Source of the DNA: an uncultured Methanosarcinales archaeon
GTDB lineage: Archaea > Nanobdellota > Nanobdellia > Woesearchaeales > ARS49
Length of the DNA stretch: 64,000 bases
Direction: 5' to 3'
Assembly: GCA_964637115.1 (NCBI GenBank)
Contig: CAZWVL010000007.1
Coordinates: forward strand, 13,041 to 77,040
Positions 29,022-38,043 of the stretch are shown one piece after another (positions within the stretch are counted from its first letter, which is position 1; every line of letters starts with the position of its first letter). Both the position numbers and the translations under genes were made by a program. The notes beneath the pieces were generated by a model. That model ran no database searches, had not been told where the DNA came from, and was given only the letters and a program-made list of their open reading frames with translations.

Positions 29022-30800
29022 TCTTGGATAAATACCCAAGCTCTTGAACTCGTCCAAGATAAGCTTGAACGCGTATGAAATTTCAATGTCAGAGATTTCA
29101 ACATTTTCTCCGCAAATCGGACAATATCTTTTGTCCTTGAACTGGTCGTAAATGGCAATCATACCACAACCTTCGCAGACCGGCACAACAGTCTTGTCAG
29201 AATCAAAACGTTCTTTCAAGAGCAATGATGCGCCGTGCGCGACAAAAGTATCCTTCTCCATTTCACCCAATCTCAAACCGCCTTCCTTTGCACGACCTTC
29301 AGTCGGCTGTCTTGTAAGCAATTGGATTGGACCTCGTGCACGCGAGTGAATCTTGTTCGCAACCATGTGCTTCAACTTCAAATAGTACATGTTGCCAACG
29401 TAAATCTTCGCTTCAAACATTTCGCCACTCATACCGTTGTACATCGTCTCATTACCGGCTTCGTTAAAGCCCAACGAGGCAAGCGCTTTCCTGATTTCAA
29501 CTTCAGGCTCGCCGCTGAAAGTAGTGCCGTCGATAATCCTGCCGCCCAAAGCAGCAGTTTTTCCGCCAATCAATTCAATCAAGTGTGAAATAGTCATACG
29601 CGAAGGAATACCGTGAGGCGAGAAAATAAGGTCCGGCATAATACCTGATGCAGTAAAAGGCATATTTGATTCAGGCACGATAAGACCAACAACTCCCTTT
29701 TGACCGTGGCGTGAAACAAACTTGTCGCCAATCTCCGGAATTCTTTGATCTCTCATTCTGACCTGGACCAATTTGTTGCCTTCCTCGTTTTCAGTCAAAA
29801 CAACAAAGTCAACAACGCCCTCTTCACCGTGTCTAAGAGAGATAGATGATTCACGCCTGATGTTTGATGCTAAACTATATTCCTCGAGATTTGAGAGGAA
29901 TCTTGGCGGAGAAGTTTTCCCAATAATAACGTCCTCTTCTTTCACTTTAGCTTCCGGATAAACAATACCGTCGCCTTCGAGGAATCTGTAATCTCTTTCT
30001 GACTTGTAGCCCTTGACGTCCTTGTCTGGAATGCAGACAGAGTCCATAAGGCCTCCTGAATAACGAAGTTCCTCGCTGACTGCTGGCCTAAAGTAAGTGC
30101 TTCTGCCAAAGCCTCGCTCGATAGAACCCTTATTGATAATGACTGCGTCTTCCATATTATAACCCTTGTAGCTCATGATCGCAACAACAATATTTTGACC
30201 GCTTGGGTGCGCGCTGTACTCGGACAATTCGTGCATCATTGTTTGCACTAAAGGCATCTGAGGATAATGCAGCAAGCTAACATCCATGTCCATCCTGACA
30301 GGGAAGTTTTGAGAATAAAGACCAATAGACTGCTTCAAGTTTCTTGAACCAATAATCAAACGAGCAGACTGAATATAGTCGCCATAAGGAATAAGAGCGG
30401 TGACAATGCCCAGCATAGCCAAAGGAGAAATTTCCAAGTGCGTGTACTCTTGAGTCAAGTCCTGATCTGAGAACGCGATAAGACAGTTTTCCTCTTCAGC
30501 TGCATCAATGAACTCAATGACGCCCTGATCGATAAGGTCAGACCAAGTTATTTCTCCCTTCTGCAATTGCTTGACGTGCTTATCAGTCAAGGCCGGCATG
30601 CCTTCATTGACAACAATCAAAGGCCTTCTGCATCGGCCTCTAGAACTCTCAACACGCACTTCATCAAGAACTTCATCATAATAAACGTTAACGTTAGTTG
30701 ATAAAGCGCCAGAACGTCTGTCTGTTCTAACTTTCTTAGCATATTCCTGACCATTATCAACATCGCCTACAAACTTGCCGTTCAGGTAAACTTCACTCAT
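28998..30800 (-). CDS. rpoB1: DNA-directed RNA polymerase subunit B' (Rpo2C, C-terminal part of B)
   Basis: ..SRHGQKGVVG.., PDLIFSPHGIPSRMTISHL, C-terminal Zn ribbon CEGCG..CPICG. Confidence 0.95.
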   Translation of the reverse strand: MSEVYLNGKFVGDVDNGQEYAKKVRTDRRSGALSTNVNVYYDEVLDEVRVESSRGRCRRPLIVVNEGMPALTDKHVKQLQKGEITWSDLIDQGVIEFIDAAEEENCLIAFSDQDLTQEYTHLEISPLAMLGIVTALIPYGDYIQSARLIIGSRNLKQSIGLYSQNFPVRMDMDVSLLHYPQMPLVQTMMHELSEYSAHPSGQNIVVAIMSYKGYNMEDAVIINKGSIERGFGRSTYFRPAVSEELRYSGGLMDSVCIPDKDVKGYKSERDYRFLEGDGIVYPEAKVKEEDVIIGKTSPPRFLSNLEEYSLASNIRRESSISLRHGEEGVVDFVVLTENEEGNKLVQVRMRDQRIPEIGDKFVSRHGQKGVVGLIVPESNMPFTASGIMPDLIFSPHGIPSRMTISHLIELIGGKTAALGGRIIDGTTFSGEPEVEIRKALASLGFNEAGNETMYNGMSGEMFEAKIYVGNMYYLKLKHMVANKIHSRARGPIQLLTRQPTEGRAKEGGLRLGEMEKDTFVAHGASLLLKERFDSDKTVVPVCEGCGMIAIYDQFKDKRYCPICGENVEISDIEISYAFKLILDEFKSLGIYPRLQLKNKY

Positions 30801-32284
30801 TTCTGCACCGCCCTGAGACCAGATGCCTTCAATTGCTTCAAAACATCATCTTCAGGCAAGTCCTTGCTGACAGTTGCCAGCATGCTGAAATTCTTTCTTA
30901 GACCAATATTAGTACCTTCAGGTGTTTCGGATGGGCACAACCTGCCCAAATGAGTAGCGTGCAATTCTCTTGCTTCAAAGTTTTCCTGAGATGCGCTCAA
31001 AGGAGAAACAACTCTCTGCAAATGTGAAAGAGTATTCAGGAAGTTCAGCCTCTGAATTCTTTGCGAAACACCCTTTCTTCCACCGACCCAGTTGCCGGTA
31101 GCCATTGCGCTGTAAATTCTACTTGTTAAGAGCTTGTCACGGATAATGACTTTAATGCTTGGGAACTTGCCACGCTTCACAATCCTTTGGAAGTTGTACA
31201 ACAAGTCGCCTATAAGAACTTTCAAGTTCATCCTGAACAAATCAGCCAAAAGATCGCCTGACATCTTAATGCGCTTGTTCATATAATGGTCTTTGTCATC
31301 CAACGGCGCTTCTCCTCTTGCTACAATAATATACTTCTTGAGCATCTTGCACAAGTTCTGCGCCTTTGCCAAGCGGTCTTCTTTCTTTGCACCTATGTGA
31401 GGCAACAAGTACTTGTCAATAAGCTCAATCATCCTTTCCAAACGAATTTCCCTCGTCTGGGTGATGCCTATGAGCTTTGCAATCCTGTCCATAGAATCAT
31501 CCGAGTTTTTGACATCAACAAATTCAAACAAATTGATAAGCACTTCATCAAACTGGCGGTCTTTGCTGATGGCCTGCATGATTTCCTCATCCTTGATGAG
31601 GCTCAATGCCTTGATGACGAGAATAATCGGAACACGCTTTACCCTGGTAAAGCTCAAATAATAAATGCCATCCTTCATCTTTTCTACAGTGTGCGGAATC
31701 TTGTAAGAGCCTTGTTCAGAGAACAGCTTGCCCACGAATTCAGTAACACCGCCTGATTCCTCATCCACCAAGAACCTGTTAGCGCCCAAATCTTCAATGT
31801 TCACGAGAACTCTTTCCGTGCCATTGATGATGAAATAGCCGCCCGGCTCGTTAGGATCTTCGCCCTTTTCAATCAATTCCTGATTTGAAAGTTTGTTCAG
31901 GTGACAGTAATTGCTGTGCAGCATAATCGGCAGGCTGCCGATCTGAGTAGTAAAGGATTCTCTCTGCACTTCATTAACGTGCGCTGAAACTTCAATAAAG
32001 ATAGGAGCAGCATAAGACAACTTTCTCAATCTTGCTTCTGCCGGGTAAATGCTCCTCTTGGAACCATCAGCTTCTGTTATTTCCGGCTTCGTCACCCAAA
32101 TCTTGTCTAGGCGGATTTTGAAGCTTTCCACGTTTGGAGGAATGATTGTAGGCTCGATTTCCTTGTTTTCTTCAAGAACATTATTGAGCTCCTTTTCAGC
32201 AAAATGATTGAAGCTCTCAATGTTAGACTTAACAAAACTGTTTTCCTCAAAAAACTTCTTGATGAGAGTTTTTGCTACAGTCAT
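30797..32284 (-). CDS. rpoB2: DNA-directed RNA polymerase subunit B'' (Rpo2N, N-terminal part of B)
   Basis: N-terminal Rpb2 domains (..GGYFIINGTERV.., ..SHLQRVVSPL..THLGRLCPSETPEG..). 4-nt overlap with rpoB1. Confidence 0.95.
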   Translation of the reverse strand: MTVAKTLIKKFFEENSFVKSNIESFNHFAEKELNNVLEENKEIEPTIIPPNVESFKIRLDKIWVTKPEITEADGSKRSIYPAEARLRKLSYAAPIFIEVSAHVNEVQRESFTTQIGSLPIMLHSNYCHLNKLSNQELIEKGEDPNEPGGYFIINGTERVLVNIEDLGANRFLVDEESGGVTEFVGKLFSEQGSYKIPHTVEKMKDGIYYLSFTRVKRVPIILVIKALSLIKDEEIMQAISKDRQFDEVLINLFEFVDVKNSDDSMDRIAKLIGITQTREIRLERMIELIDKYLLPHIGAKKEDRLAKAQNLCKMLKKYIIVARGEAPLDDKDHYMNKRIKMSGDLLADLFRMNLKVLIGDLLYNFQRIVKRGKFPSIKVIIRDKLLTSRIYSAMATGNWVGGRKGVSQRIQRLNFLNTLSHLQRVVSPLSASQENFEARELHATHLGRLCPSETPEGTNIGLRKNFSMLATVSKDLPEDDVLKQLKASGLRAVQK

Positions 32285-32520
32285 GCCACCACCCGTCTAT
32301 AAAAGTGAGTATATCCCGCAGTCGGACTCTTTCGTGAAATCTTGATGATATCGCCATCTTTCACGTCAAGATGCTGGATTGAAGGATCGGTCTTGAAAAT
32401 TCTCGGAAGATTAGGAAGTTCAATTGAGTATTTCTCAAAAAGCTCTTTCATCTCTTTCTCCGAGAGCTTTGCGTGCTTAGGTACAAGCTCGTGTTTTGTA
32501 ACATCAAATTTTGCTGCCAT
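32281..32520 (-). CDS. rpoH: DNA-directed RNA polymerase subunit H (Rpo5)
   Basis: 79 aa, ..HELVPKH..L..EE..L..PRI...DP....L..K.GDIIKI.R.S.TAG....YR.V. Confidence 0.9.
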   Translation of the reverse strand: MAAKFDVTKHELVPKHAKLSEKEMKELFEKYSIELPNLPRIFKTDPSIQHLDVKDGDIIKISRKSPTAGYTHFYRRVVA

Positions 32521-32532
32521 TTTTCAGTATAA

Positions 32533-32649
32533 CGGGCCGGACGGGAATGTCAACCATGGGCAGGAAGCCCATGACTTTTGAACCCGTGACCATCCGCTTT
32601 CTCTCTTGCGATAAAAGGCGGATGCTCTACCAGACTGAGCTACCGGCCC
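32533..32649 (-). tRNA. tRNA-Lys (anticodon UUU) with two introns: 13 nt at 37/38 and about 30 nt in the T-loop
   Basis: Minus strand reads GGGCCGG-TA-GCTC-AGTCTGGTA-GAGC-A-TCCGC-CTTTTA[TCGCAAGAGAGAA]A-GCGGA-TGGTC-ACGGG-TTCA..[..GTCATGGGCTTCCTGCCCATGGTTGAC..]..T-CCCGT-CCGGCCC-G. All four stems pair. No encoded CCA. Confidence 0.8.
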
Positions 32650-32774
32650 TTGATTGTGCTTCACTCGAATAGCGATATCCGTATAGTCTGGTATGAATGT
32701 GAAAGAATTTTGAGATTTTTGACCCCATTGTGCGCACTACCCTGTAACAATAGAACCTGAGGGAAAGGAGGGGG

Positions 32775-32782
32775 TTTATAAA
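32775..32782 (-). promoter_or_regulatory. Strong TATA box (ggggtttataaaggtta), same extended motif as the rpl21e promoter, about 126 nt upstream of tRNA-Lys
   Basis: It is the only strong TATA between the glycosyltransferase stop (32881) and tRNA-Lys/rpoH. Predicted TSS is about 32752. Confidence 0.5.
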
Positions 32783-32880
32783 GGTTACGGTTTTTAAGGG
32801 CGTTATACATAGGGGGCAGATAATTCTAAACCCTTTTTTGTGCAAAATTGCCGGGGTTGGCTTGAGGAGTATCTTAGTGC

Positions 32881-33969
32881 TCAAACGTCGGCACGCGTAA
32901 ATGCTTGATACGCTTCCTCGATAAAATTCTTTATTTTCTTTTTAAATAATTTCCGATCAAAACGGATAGCGTTTTTTCTGCAATCTTCGGCTGAAAATCT
33001 CATTCGTTCAAACTTGAGAACGGCTTTCGCTAATTCTCCTGCTGTTTGCTCATGGAAAAAATGTCCTGTTTTGCCTTCAGTAACAGTCTCTAATAGTCCT
33101 CCTTTGGCGTATGCGACAACCGGCCTGCCGCAGGCCTGGGTTTCTAAAGGAGTTATACCAAAATCTTCTTCACCCGGAAATATGAGCGCCTTGCATCTCC
33201 TATAATAATCTCTGACTTCATTGTCAGGCAATCTTCCCAAAAACTTGATATTCGCATGAGCCATGTTTTTCAAACGAGACGCTTCAGGTCCATCTCCGAT
33301 AATTATTAGCTGTTTTCCAAGGTGATTAAACGCCTTAACGGCAAGGTCTATTCTTTTTTGAAGCTGAAGTCGAGAAACAATAAGGTAAAAGTCCTCTGCC
33401 TTGCCTTTCGGAGTGAAAAAATCAACATCGACAGGTGGGTAAATAACAGTCGAATCCTGGTGATAGTGTTCTTTGATACTATTTTGGGTATTCTTTGAGT
33501 TGGCAATAAAATAATCAACGTTTTTTGTTTGCCGAAGATCCCATTTTTTTAGTCGTGAAAGCGTCCATTTAACCAGCGGACGGATGACCGGATTCATCCT
33601 ACTTAGATACGTCTTGGGCATTGTGTATACAAATCTCATAGGGGTATGGCAATAACAAATGTGGCAAGTCCGAGGAGGTTTGTTAATGTTCTTAGAAAAA
33701 GCTGCTGAACTGCTCAAAATCATATCGAAGTCTGACAAATCCAGACTTTCTGTTGCCCGTGGATACAGCGGAAGATACACGTAATGGTTTTTTCTTGAAA
33801 AAGGGAGCTTTTGAGCGAAACTTGTCCTGATTTTTGCGTCTGGAAAATATTGCTTTTTGTGGATCAAGGTGAAAATTGGCGCTTGAGGGTAGAGTTCATG
33901 GAATATCTCCAAAACTCTTTCACCGCCGCCAAATCCAGTCAGGAAATCATGTACTAGAGCGAGTTTCAT
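32881..33969 (-). CDS. Family 4 (GT-B) glycosyltransferase
   Basis: C-terminal EEDFGITPLETQACGRPVVA (E-x7-E-like) motif. Confidence 0.85.
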   Translation of the reverse strand: MKLALVHDFLTGFGGGERVLEIFHELYPQAPIFTLIHKKQYFPDAKIRTSFAQKLPFSRKNHYVYLPLYPRATESLDLSDFDMILSSSAAFSKNINKPPRTCHICYCHTPMRFVYTMPKTYLSRMNPVIRPLVKWTLSRLKKWDLRQTKNVDYFIANSKNTQNSIKEHYHQDSTVIYPPVDVDFFTPKGKAEDFYLIVSRLQLQKRIDLAVKAFNHLGKQLIIIGDGPEASRLKNMAHANIKFLGRLPDNEVRDYYRRCKALIFPGEEDFGITPLETQACGRPVVAYAKGGLLETVTEGKTGHFFHEQTAGELAKAVLKFERMRFSAEDCRKNAIRFDRKLFKKKIKNFIEEAYQAFTRADV

Positions 33970-33999
33970 GTTGGAAGGTGTTTTTGTGTTGTAAATTTT

Positions 34000-35583
34000 T
34001 TATTTGGCCAGATCATTTTCTAATTCAACATAATTATAGTAGATTATAAAGGGAATTGCCATTACTGTGGCGAATATAAAATGCAGCCCATGATGGAAAA
34101 AATAGTCAAAAAGATTATTGATTGAAAAGGCTAAAAAGCTAGCGAAGGATGCCAACACCAAAGGAATTTTCCTAAGCTTCAAACAGCAAATTATGAATAA
34201 AAACATTATAGACAAAAACAAAAGCAAGACAAACACCCCTCCTTCCAACCCGATCTGCAAATAAAGATTATGAATATGACTCTTAGAAAACTCCTTACCC
34301 AATCCATACATTATTATCATCGATTCATAATTTCCAGGCCCGATTCCAAACCAAAGGTGGTTTTTAATCATGAGCAAAGCAGTTCGATATGCTTTAAACC
34401 TCGCCGAAACGCCAATATCTGCTGCAGAGAATTCCGCCTCCTGAAATGCGCCCGAGGGTGTTGTTCCGGAAGATGCTTCTTCTGGAACTTGAACTAAACT
34501 CACACCACTCGCTTCTATATTCTTTTGCACATCAAAGCCGAAACGATTTGTTAGTGTTCCATTTAGAATAAATGGACTAACTGCGATAAACAAAAACAAG
34601 AACGCAAAAGCTACCTTCATTCTCATTTGTTTATTGCCTTTTACAATATGATATGCCGAAAGTAAAAGAAAAACAATACTAAATGACAATATTGAAGCTC
34701 TTGAAACTGATGAGAATAATGCGGCAAAGCATATTAGAAAAGCTAATGAGAGAAAAAAATATTTCATCATGTTTTTCTGATGAAAAGACAATACCAGAAT
34801 GAAAGGCAGGACTAAGTTCAGAAATCCTCCCAAAAGATTAGGTTGATCGAGCGTTCCATATCCTCTGATAAAATCATCATTTACGACATACTCAAGTTCA
34901 ATATTCACAGGATTCGTTATACCAAAAAAATGCTGGTGCATTGCCAAAACTGAATTAAGAACTGCAAAAATAATCAGCCACTTAATAGCTCTCTTTACAT
35001 CAAACTTCCCTAAGAGCATCAACATAGAGATGAGACCAAAAAACTCTATCATGTGTATCAAAAAGCGGCTATTTGAAGAGAATGTTTTTTCCAAGGCCAA
35101 AAAAGGGCTCTGAAAAACCGATAAAAAATAAAAAATGCTAGTCAAAGTCACAAATGTGAGAAAAAAGATTATTGCTGTAAAAGTTGTCCAGAATAATGGC
35201 TTGTCTTTAACTTTGAAATATTTCTTTCTAAATAGAAACGCGATATAAAGACCCAACATAACAGGTAAATTGACAATATATGCCAAAAATATACTTTTGT
35301 TTAAAATCAGGATATTTTTATTAACGCCAAATACCGCAAAAAAAATAACAATAATCACGCCATTTTCAACCTTCAAAAGAGTCAGGATGAAAATAAGAAT
35401 AAGAAAAGGTATGAAAGAATACAAGTTGAGCGGAGACAATATAATAAATATTGAATAAAGAATGGCGGCAATAAATTGCAGTTCATTCAAATTAATTTTT
35501 GTTAGCAATGAATTTATCCAATTTTTTTCATCGCATAAGTTTAAAGGATGAACCTTATTATACCCCGCTTGTGAATCTCCCAT
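34000..35583 (-). CDS. O-antigen ligase/polymerase-like (Wzy-type) polytopic membrane protein
   Basis: 527 aa, at least 10 TM segments with a large loop (..GVSLVQVPEEASSGTT..) before the last TM block. Confidence 0.65.
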   Translation of the reverse strand: MGDSQAGYNKVHPLNLCDEKNWINSLLTKINLNELQFIAAILYSIFIILSPLNLYSFIPFLILIFILTLLKVENGVIIVIFFAVFGVNKNILILNKSIFLAYIVNLPVMLGLYIAFLFRKKYFKVKDKPLFWTTFTAIIFFLTFVTLTSIFYFLSVFQSPFLALEKTFSSNSRFLIHMIEFFGLISMLMLLGKFDVKRAIKWLIIFAVLNSVLAMHQHFFGITNPVNIELEYVVNDDFIRGYGTLDQPNLLGGFLNLVLPFILVLSFHQKNMMKYFFLSLAFLICFAALFSSVSRASILSFSIVFLLLSAYHIVKGNKQMRMKVAFAFLFLFIAVSPFILNGTLTNRFGFDVQKNIEASGVSLVQVPEEASSGTTPSGAFQEAEFSAADIGVSARFKAYRTALLMIKNHLWFGIGPGNYESMIIMYGLGKEFSKSHIHNLYLQIGLEGGVFVLLLFLSIMFLFIICCLKLRKIPLVLASFASFLAFSINNLFDYFFHHGLHFIFATVMAIPFIIYYNYVELENDLAK

Positions 35584-35627
35584 ATTTTTAAATAGAAAAA
35601 TGTAAGCTTAAATATTTATCGGGGCAC

Positions 35628-36848
35628 TCATCTGATCAATGCCTTCGCCTTGGAACAATACACTATAAACAAAAGAATCTGCGTGCCTACTGTGGCAATA
35701 GCAGCACCAATGAAGCTATATCGGGGAATCAGCAACAGATTCAATACAATGCCTACCAGAGCGCCGAAGCCCGCTGCCTTCACCACGAATTTTTGCTCAT
35801 TGACTGCAATAACGAAATAGCTGACGATTGTTGAAAAAGAAAGAACGAAGAAAGACCAAACGAGTATTTGCAGTACGGGAACGGATTTGTCAAATTCTGG
35901 TCCGTATAATGTTTTAATGAGCAAGGGCGAAGCGATAAAAATTGCTATGCTTACCAATCCTCCAAGAAGAAGCGACGCCCAAAAAATCTTTTTAAAAACC
36001 TTTTTCAGCGCAATCTGGCGCTGATGCAGGGAAGTAAATCTGGGCAAAACCGCTTTAACCAGCACCAGGGGAATAATGCCCAAAGCAAGTACAATCTGAT
36101 TTGGTGCGCTAAACAAGCCAACAGCCTCCTCGGTTTTCATAATTCCAAGCAAAATCGTTGCTATCCTTTCACTAACTAGCGTGAAAGCAACGATAAAGAA
36201 AAAAGGCAGACCCTCCCTTAAAAAGATCTTCCACTTCTCGATATTAACCAAGAGCTTCGTCTTGCCGAATCTTCTCAAATAATAAATTGTGACAAAAAGA
36301 CCAATCAGGGAGGCGAGCAAATAGAAAAAGAATATTTTTTCCACACTAATGGTGCCCAAGATCGTGCCAAAGATAGCAATCATTGCAATTATGAAAAAGA
36401 GTGATTTCTCGACGATTTTTGCAATAGCCTCAAACTTTAACTGCTCATAAGCCCTGAATATCACTTTCAAACTTTCATCGATCATATCTATGCTAACAAA
36501 AATACCAGCCAGGACGATTGCCAGAATGCTCTTTTTGAGAATAAACCCGACTATGATCATGAGAACTATTACTCCTGCAGCCAGGAAAAATTTTAACGAA
36601 AGAATGTTTTCCAGATATTCTCTTTTCAGCTTTTTATTCTGTGCAATGTTTTTCAGATAGGCAAAAGGAATGCCAAAATCTATCAGCATGCCAAACAGCA
36701 AAGCGTATGCGAAAGTGAAAGAGTACAAGCCGAATTTTTCAACACCCAACGCTCTTGCGAAGAGAACCGTGAGTATGAACATCAACACCTTTGCAAAACC
36801 TTCTGCAAAGAGCATGTATGCTGAGTTTCTTATAATGCGCTTAAGCAT
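35628..36848 (-). CDS. Wzx-like oligosaccharide flippase (MOP superfamily)
   Basis: 406 aa, about 12 TM. N-terminal NSAYMLFAEGFAKVLMFILTVLFARALGVEKFG is typical of polysaccharide biosynthesis/flippase proteins. Confidence 0.75.
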   Translation of the reverse strand: MLKRIIRNSAYMLFAEGFAKVLMFILTVLFARALGVEKFGLYSFTFAYALLFGMLIDFGIPFAYLKNIAQNKKLKREYLENILSLKFFLAAGVIVLMIIVGFILKKSILAIVLAGIFVSIDMIDESLKVIFRAYEQLKFEAIAKIVEKSLFFIIAMIAIFGTILGTISVEKIFFFYLLASLIGLFVTIYYLRRFGKTKLLVNIEKWKIFLREGLPFFFIVAFTLVSERIATILLGIMKTEEAVGLFSAPNQIVLALGIIPLVLVKAVLPRFTSLHQRQIALKKVFKKIFWASLLLGGLVSIAIFIASPLLIKTLYGPEFDKSVPVLQILVWSFFVLSFSTIVSYFVIAVNEQKFVVKAAGFGALVGIVLNLLLIPRYSFIGAAIATVGTQILLFIVYCSKAKALIR

Positions 36849-37971
36849 AGAATTCCTTGTAAACTCCCAATGTTTCTAGAGCTGCTTTCTGCCAGCTAAA
36901 TCTTTTTGCTTGAATTAATCCCTTTTCTATCATTTGTTTTCTTAATTTATCATTTGTCAGGACACTCTTCATGGCACTGGCCAATTCGTTGACATCATTA
37001 GGATTTACCCTTATTGCAGCGTCTCCTGCAACTTCAGGTAATGAGGAAACATTGCTTGTGATAACCGGACAGCCGCAAGCCATTGCTTCCAGAACCGGGA
37101 GCCCAAAGCCCTCATGCAAGCTGGGAAAAACAAAAGCTTCTGCACCATTATAATAGAATTTCACCTCAGAATGATCAACGGGTCCGATAAAGCTCACATC
37201 GCCTTGCAAATTGAATTTTTCAATTGAATCGAAGACCTCGTCTGAACGCCAGCCTTTGCTGCCCGCAATAATGAATTTTTCTCGAATCTTATGCTCTTTT
37301 TTCAGCTTTGCGTATGCCTCAATTATTCTCGTGACATTTTTTCTCGGCTCTATTGTACCAACAAAAAAGATAAAAGGAAAATCGATTTTCCTTTTTTTTA
37401 GAAAAACGTCAACCGTTTTCCTATTAAGAGGGTTGAAAAGATCACTAGCAGCTTCATAAATAACAGAAATTTGCTTCGGGGGGATTTTAAAATACTTAAT
37501 CATGCCTTCTTTTACCGATTCAGAAACAGCAATTATTTTTTTGGCCCGTTTCACAGAAATTTTCGTGAGTAAATTGTGATAAAGATTTCTTTTCGAATCA
37601 CGAGTTTCTTGAGATTTTATAGGCACTAAATCATGCATCGTTACAATTGCCTTCACAGGACAAAAAAGAGGAAGAATATTCATGCCTGAATGAAAAAGAT
37701 CAATCTTATATCTCAACAGCAAGATGGGAAGAATCAGTTGCTCCCAAAATACTCTTATTTGAGGATTCACCGTATTAATTCTTGATTGAATAAAATGGAA
37801 ATTTTTCTTGTGCACGAAATGTTTGAAAGTATTATTTACGAAAATAAAATACTCATTCTGCGAATCTATTTTCGCAAGTTCATCAATCAAATTATAAAGA
37901 TACGTACTGACGCCTGTGTTTCGAGGCGACTTACCCAATAGGAGCAATTGTGCGTTAATTCCAATGCGCAT
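36841..37971 (-). CDS. Family 4 (GT-B) glycosyltransferase
   Basis: [31 protein letters not shown]-like ttatttaa at 37994-38001, 23-24 nt upstream of the ATG. Confidence 0.85.
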   Translation of the reverse strand: MRIGINAQLLLLGKSPRNTGVSTYLYNLIDELAKIDSQNEYFIFVNNTFKHFVHKKNFHFIQSRINTVNPQIRVFWEQLILPILLLRYKIDLFHSGMNILPLFCPVKAIVTMHDLVPIKSQETRDSKRNLYHNLLTKISVKRAKKIIAVSESVKEGMIKYFKIPPKQISVIYEAASDLFNPLNRKTVDVFLKKRKIDFPFIFFVGTIEPRKNVTRIIEAYAKLKKEHKIREKFIIAGSKGWRSDEVFDSIEKFNLQGDVSFIGPVDHSEVKFYYNGAEAFVFPSLHEGFGLPVLEAMACGCPVITSNVSSLPEVAGDAAIRVNPNDVNELASAMKSVLTNDKLRKQMIEKGLIQAKRFSWQKAALETLGVYKEFYA

Positions 37972-38043
37972 TATTCATCAAGATAAAAGGTGTTTATTTA
38001 AACTTTTGTTTAACTAATAATTGCAATCCTATGCGGAGACAGA

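Noticed and set aside
32783-32880. Possible short plus-strand RNA from the palindromic TATA at 32775 ending at the T6 run at 32834-32839
   Set aside because: The predicted roughly 35-nt product has no convincing structure or C/D-box motifs. The extended box sequence matches minus-direction promoters elsewhere.
32627-32884. 85-aa ORF on the minus strand
   Set aside because: It overlaps the 5' part of tRNA-Lys and the promoter region, with no coding-like composition.
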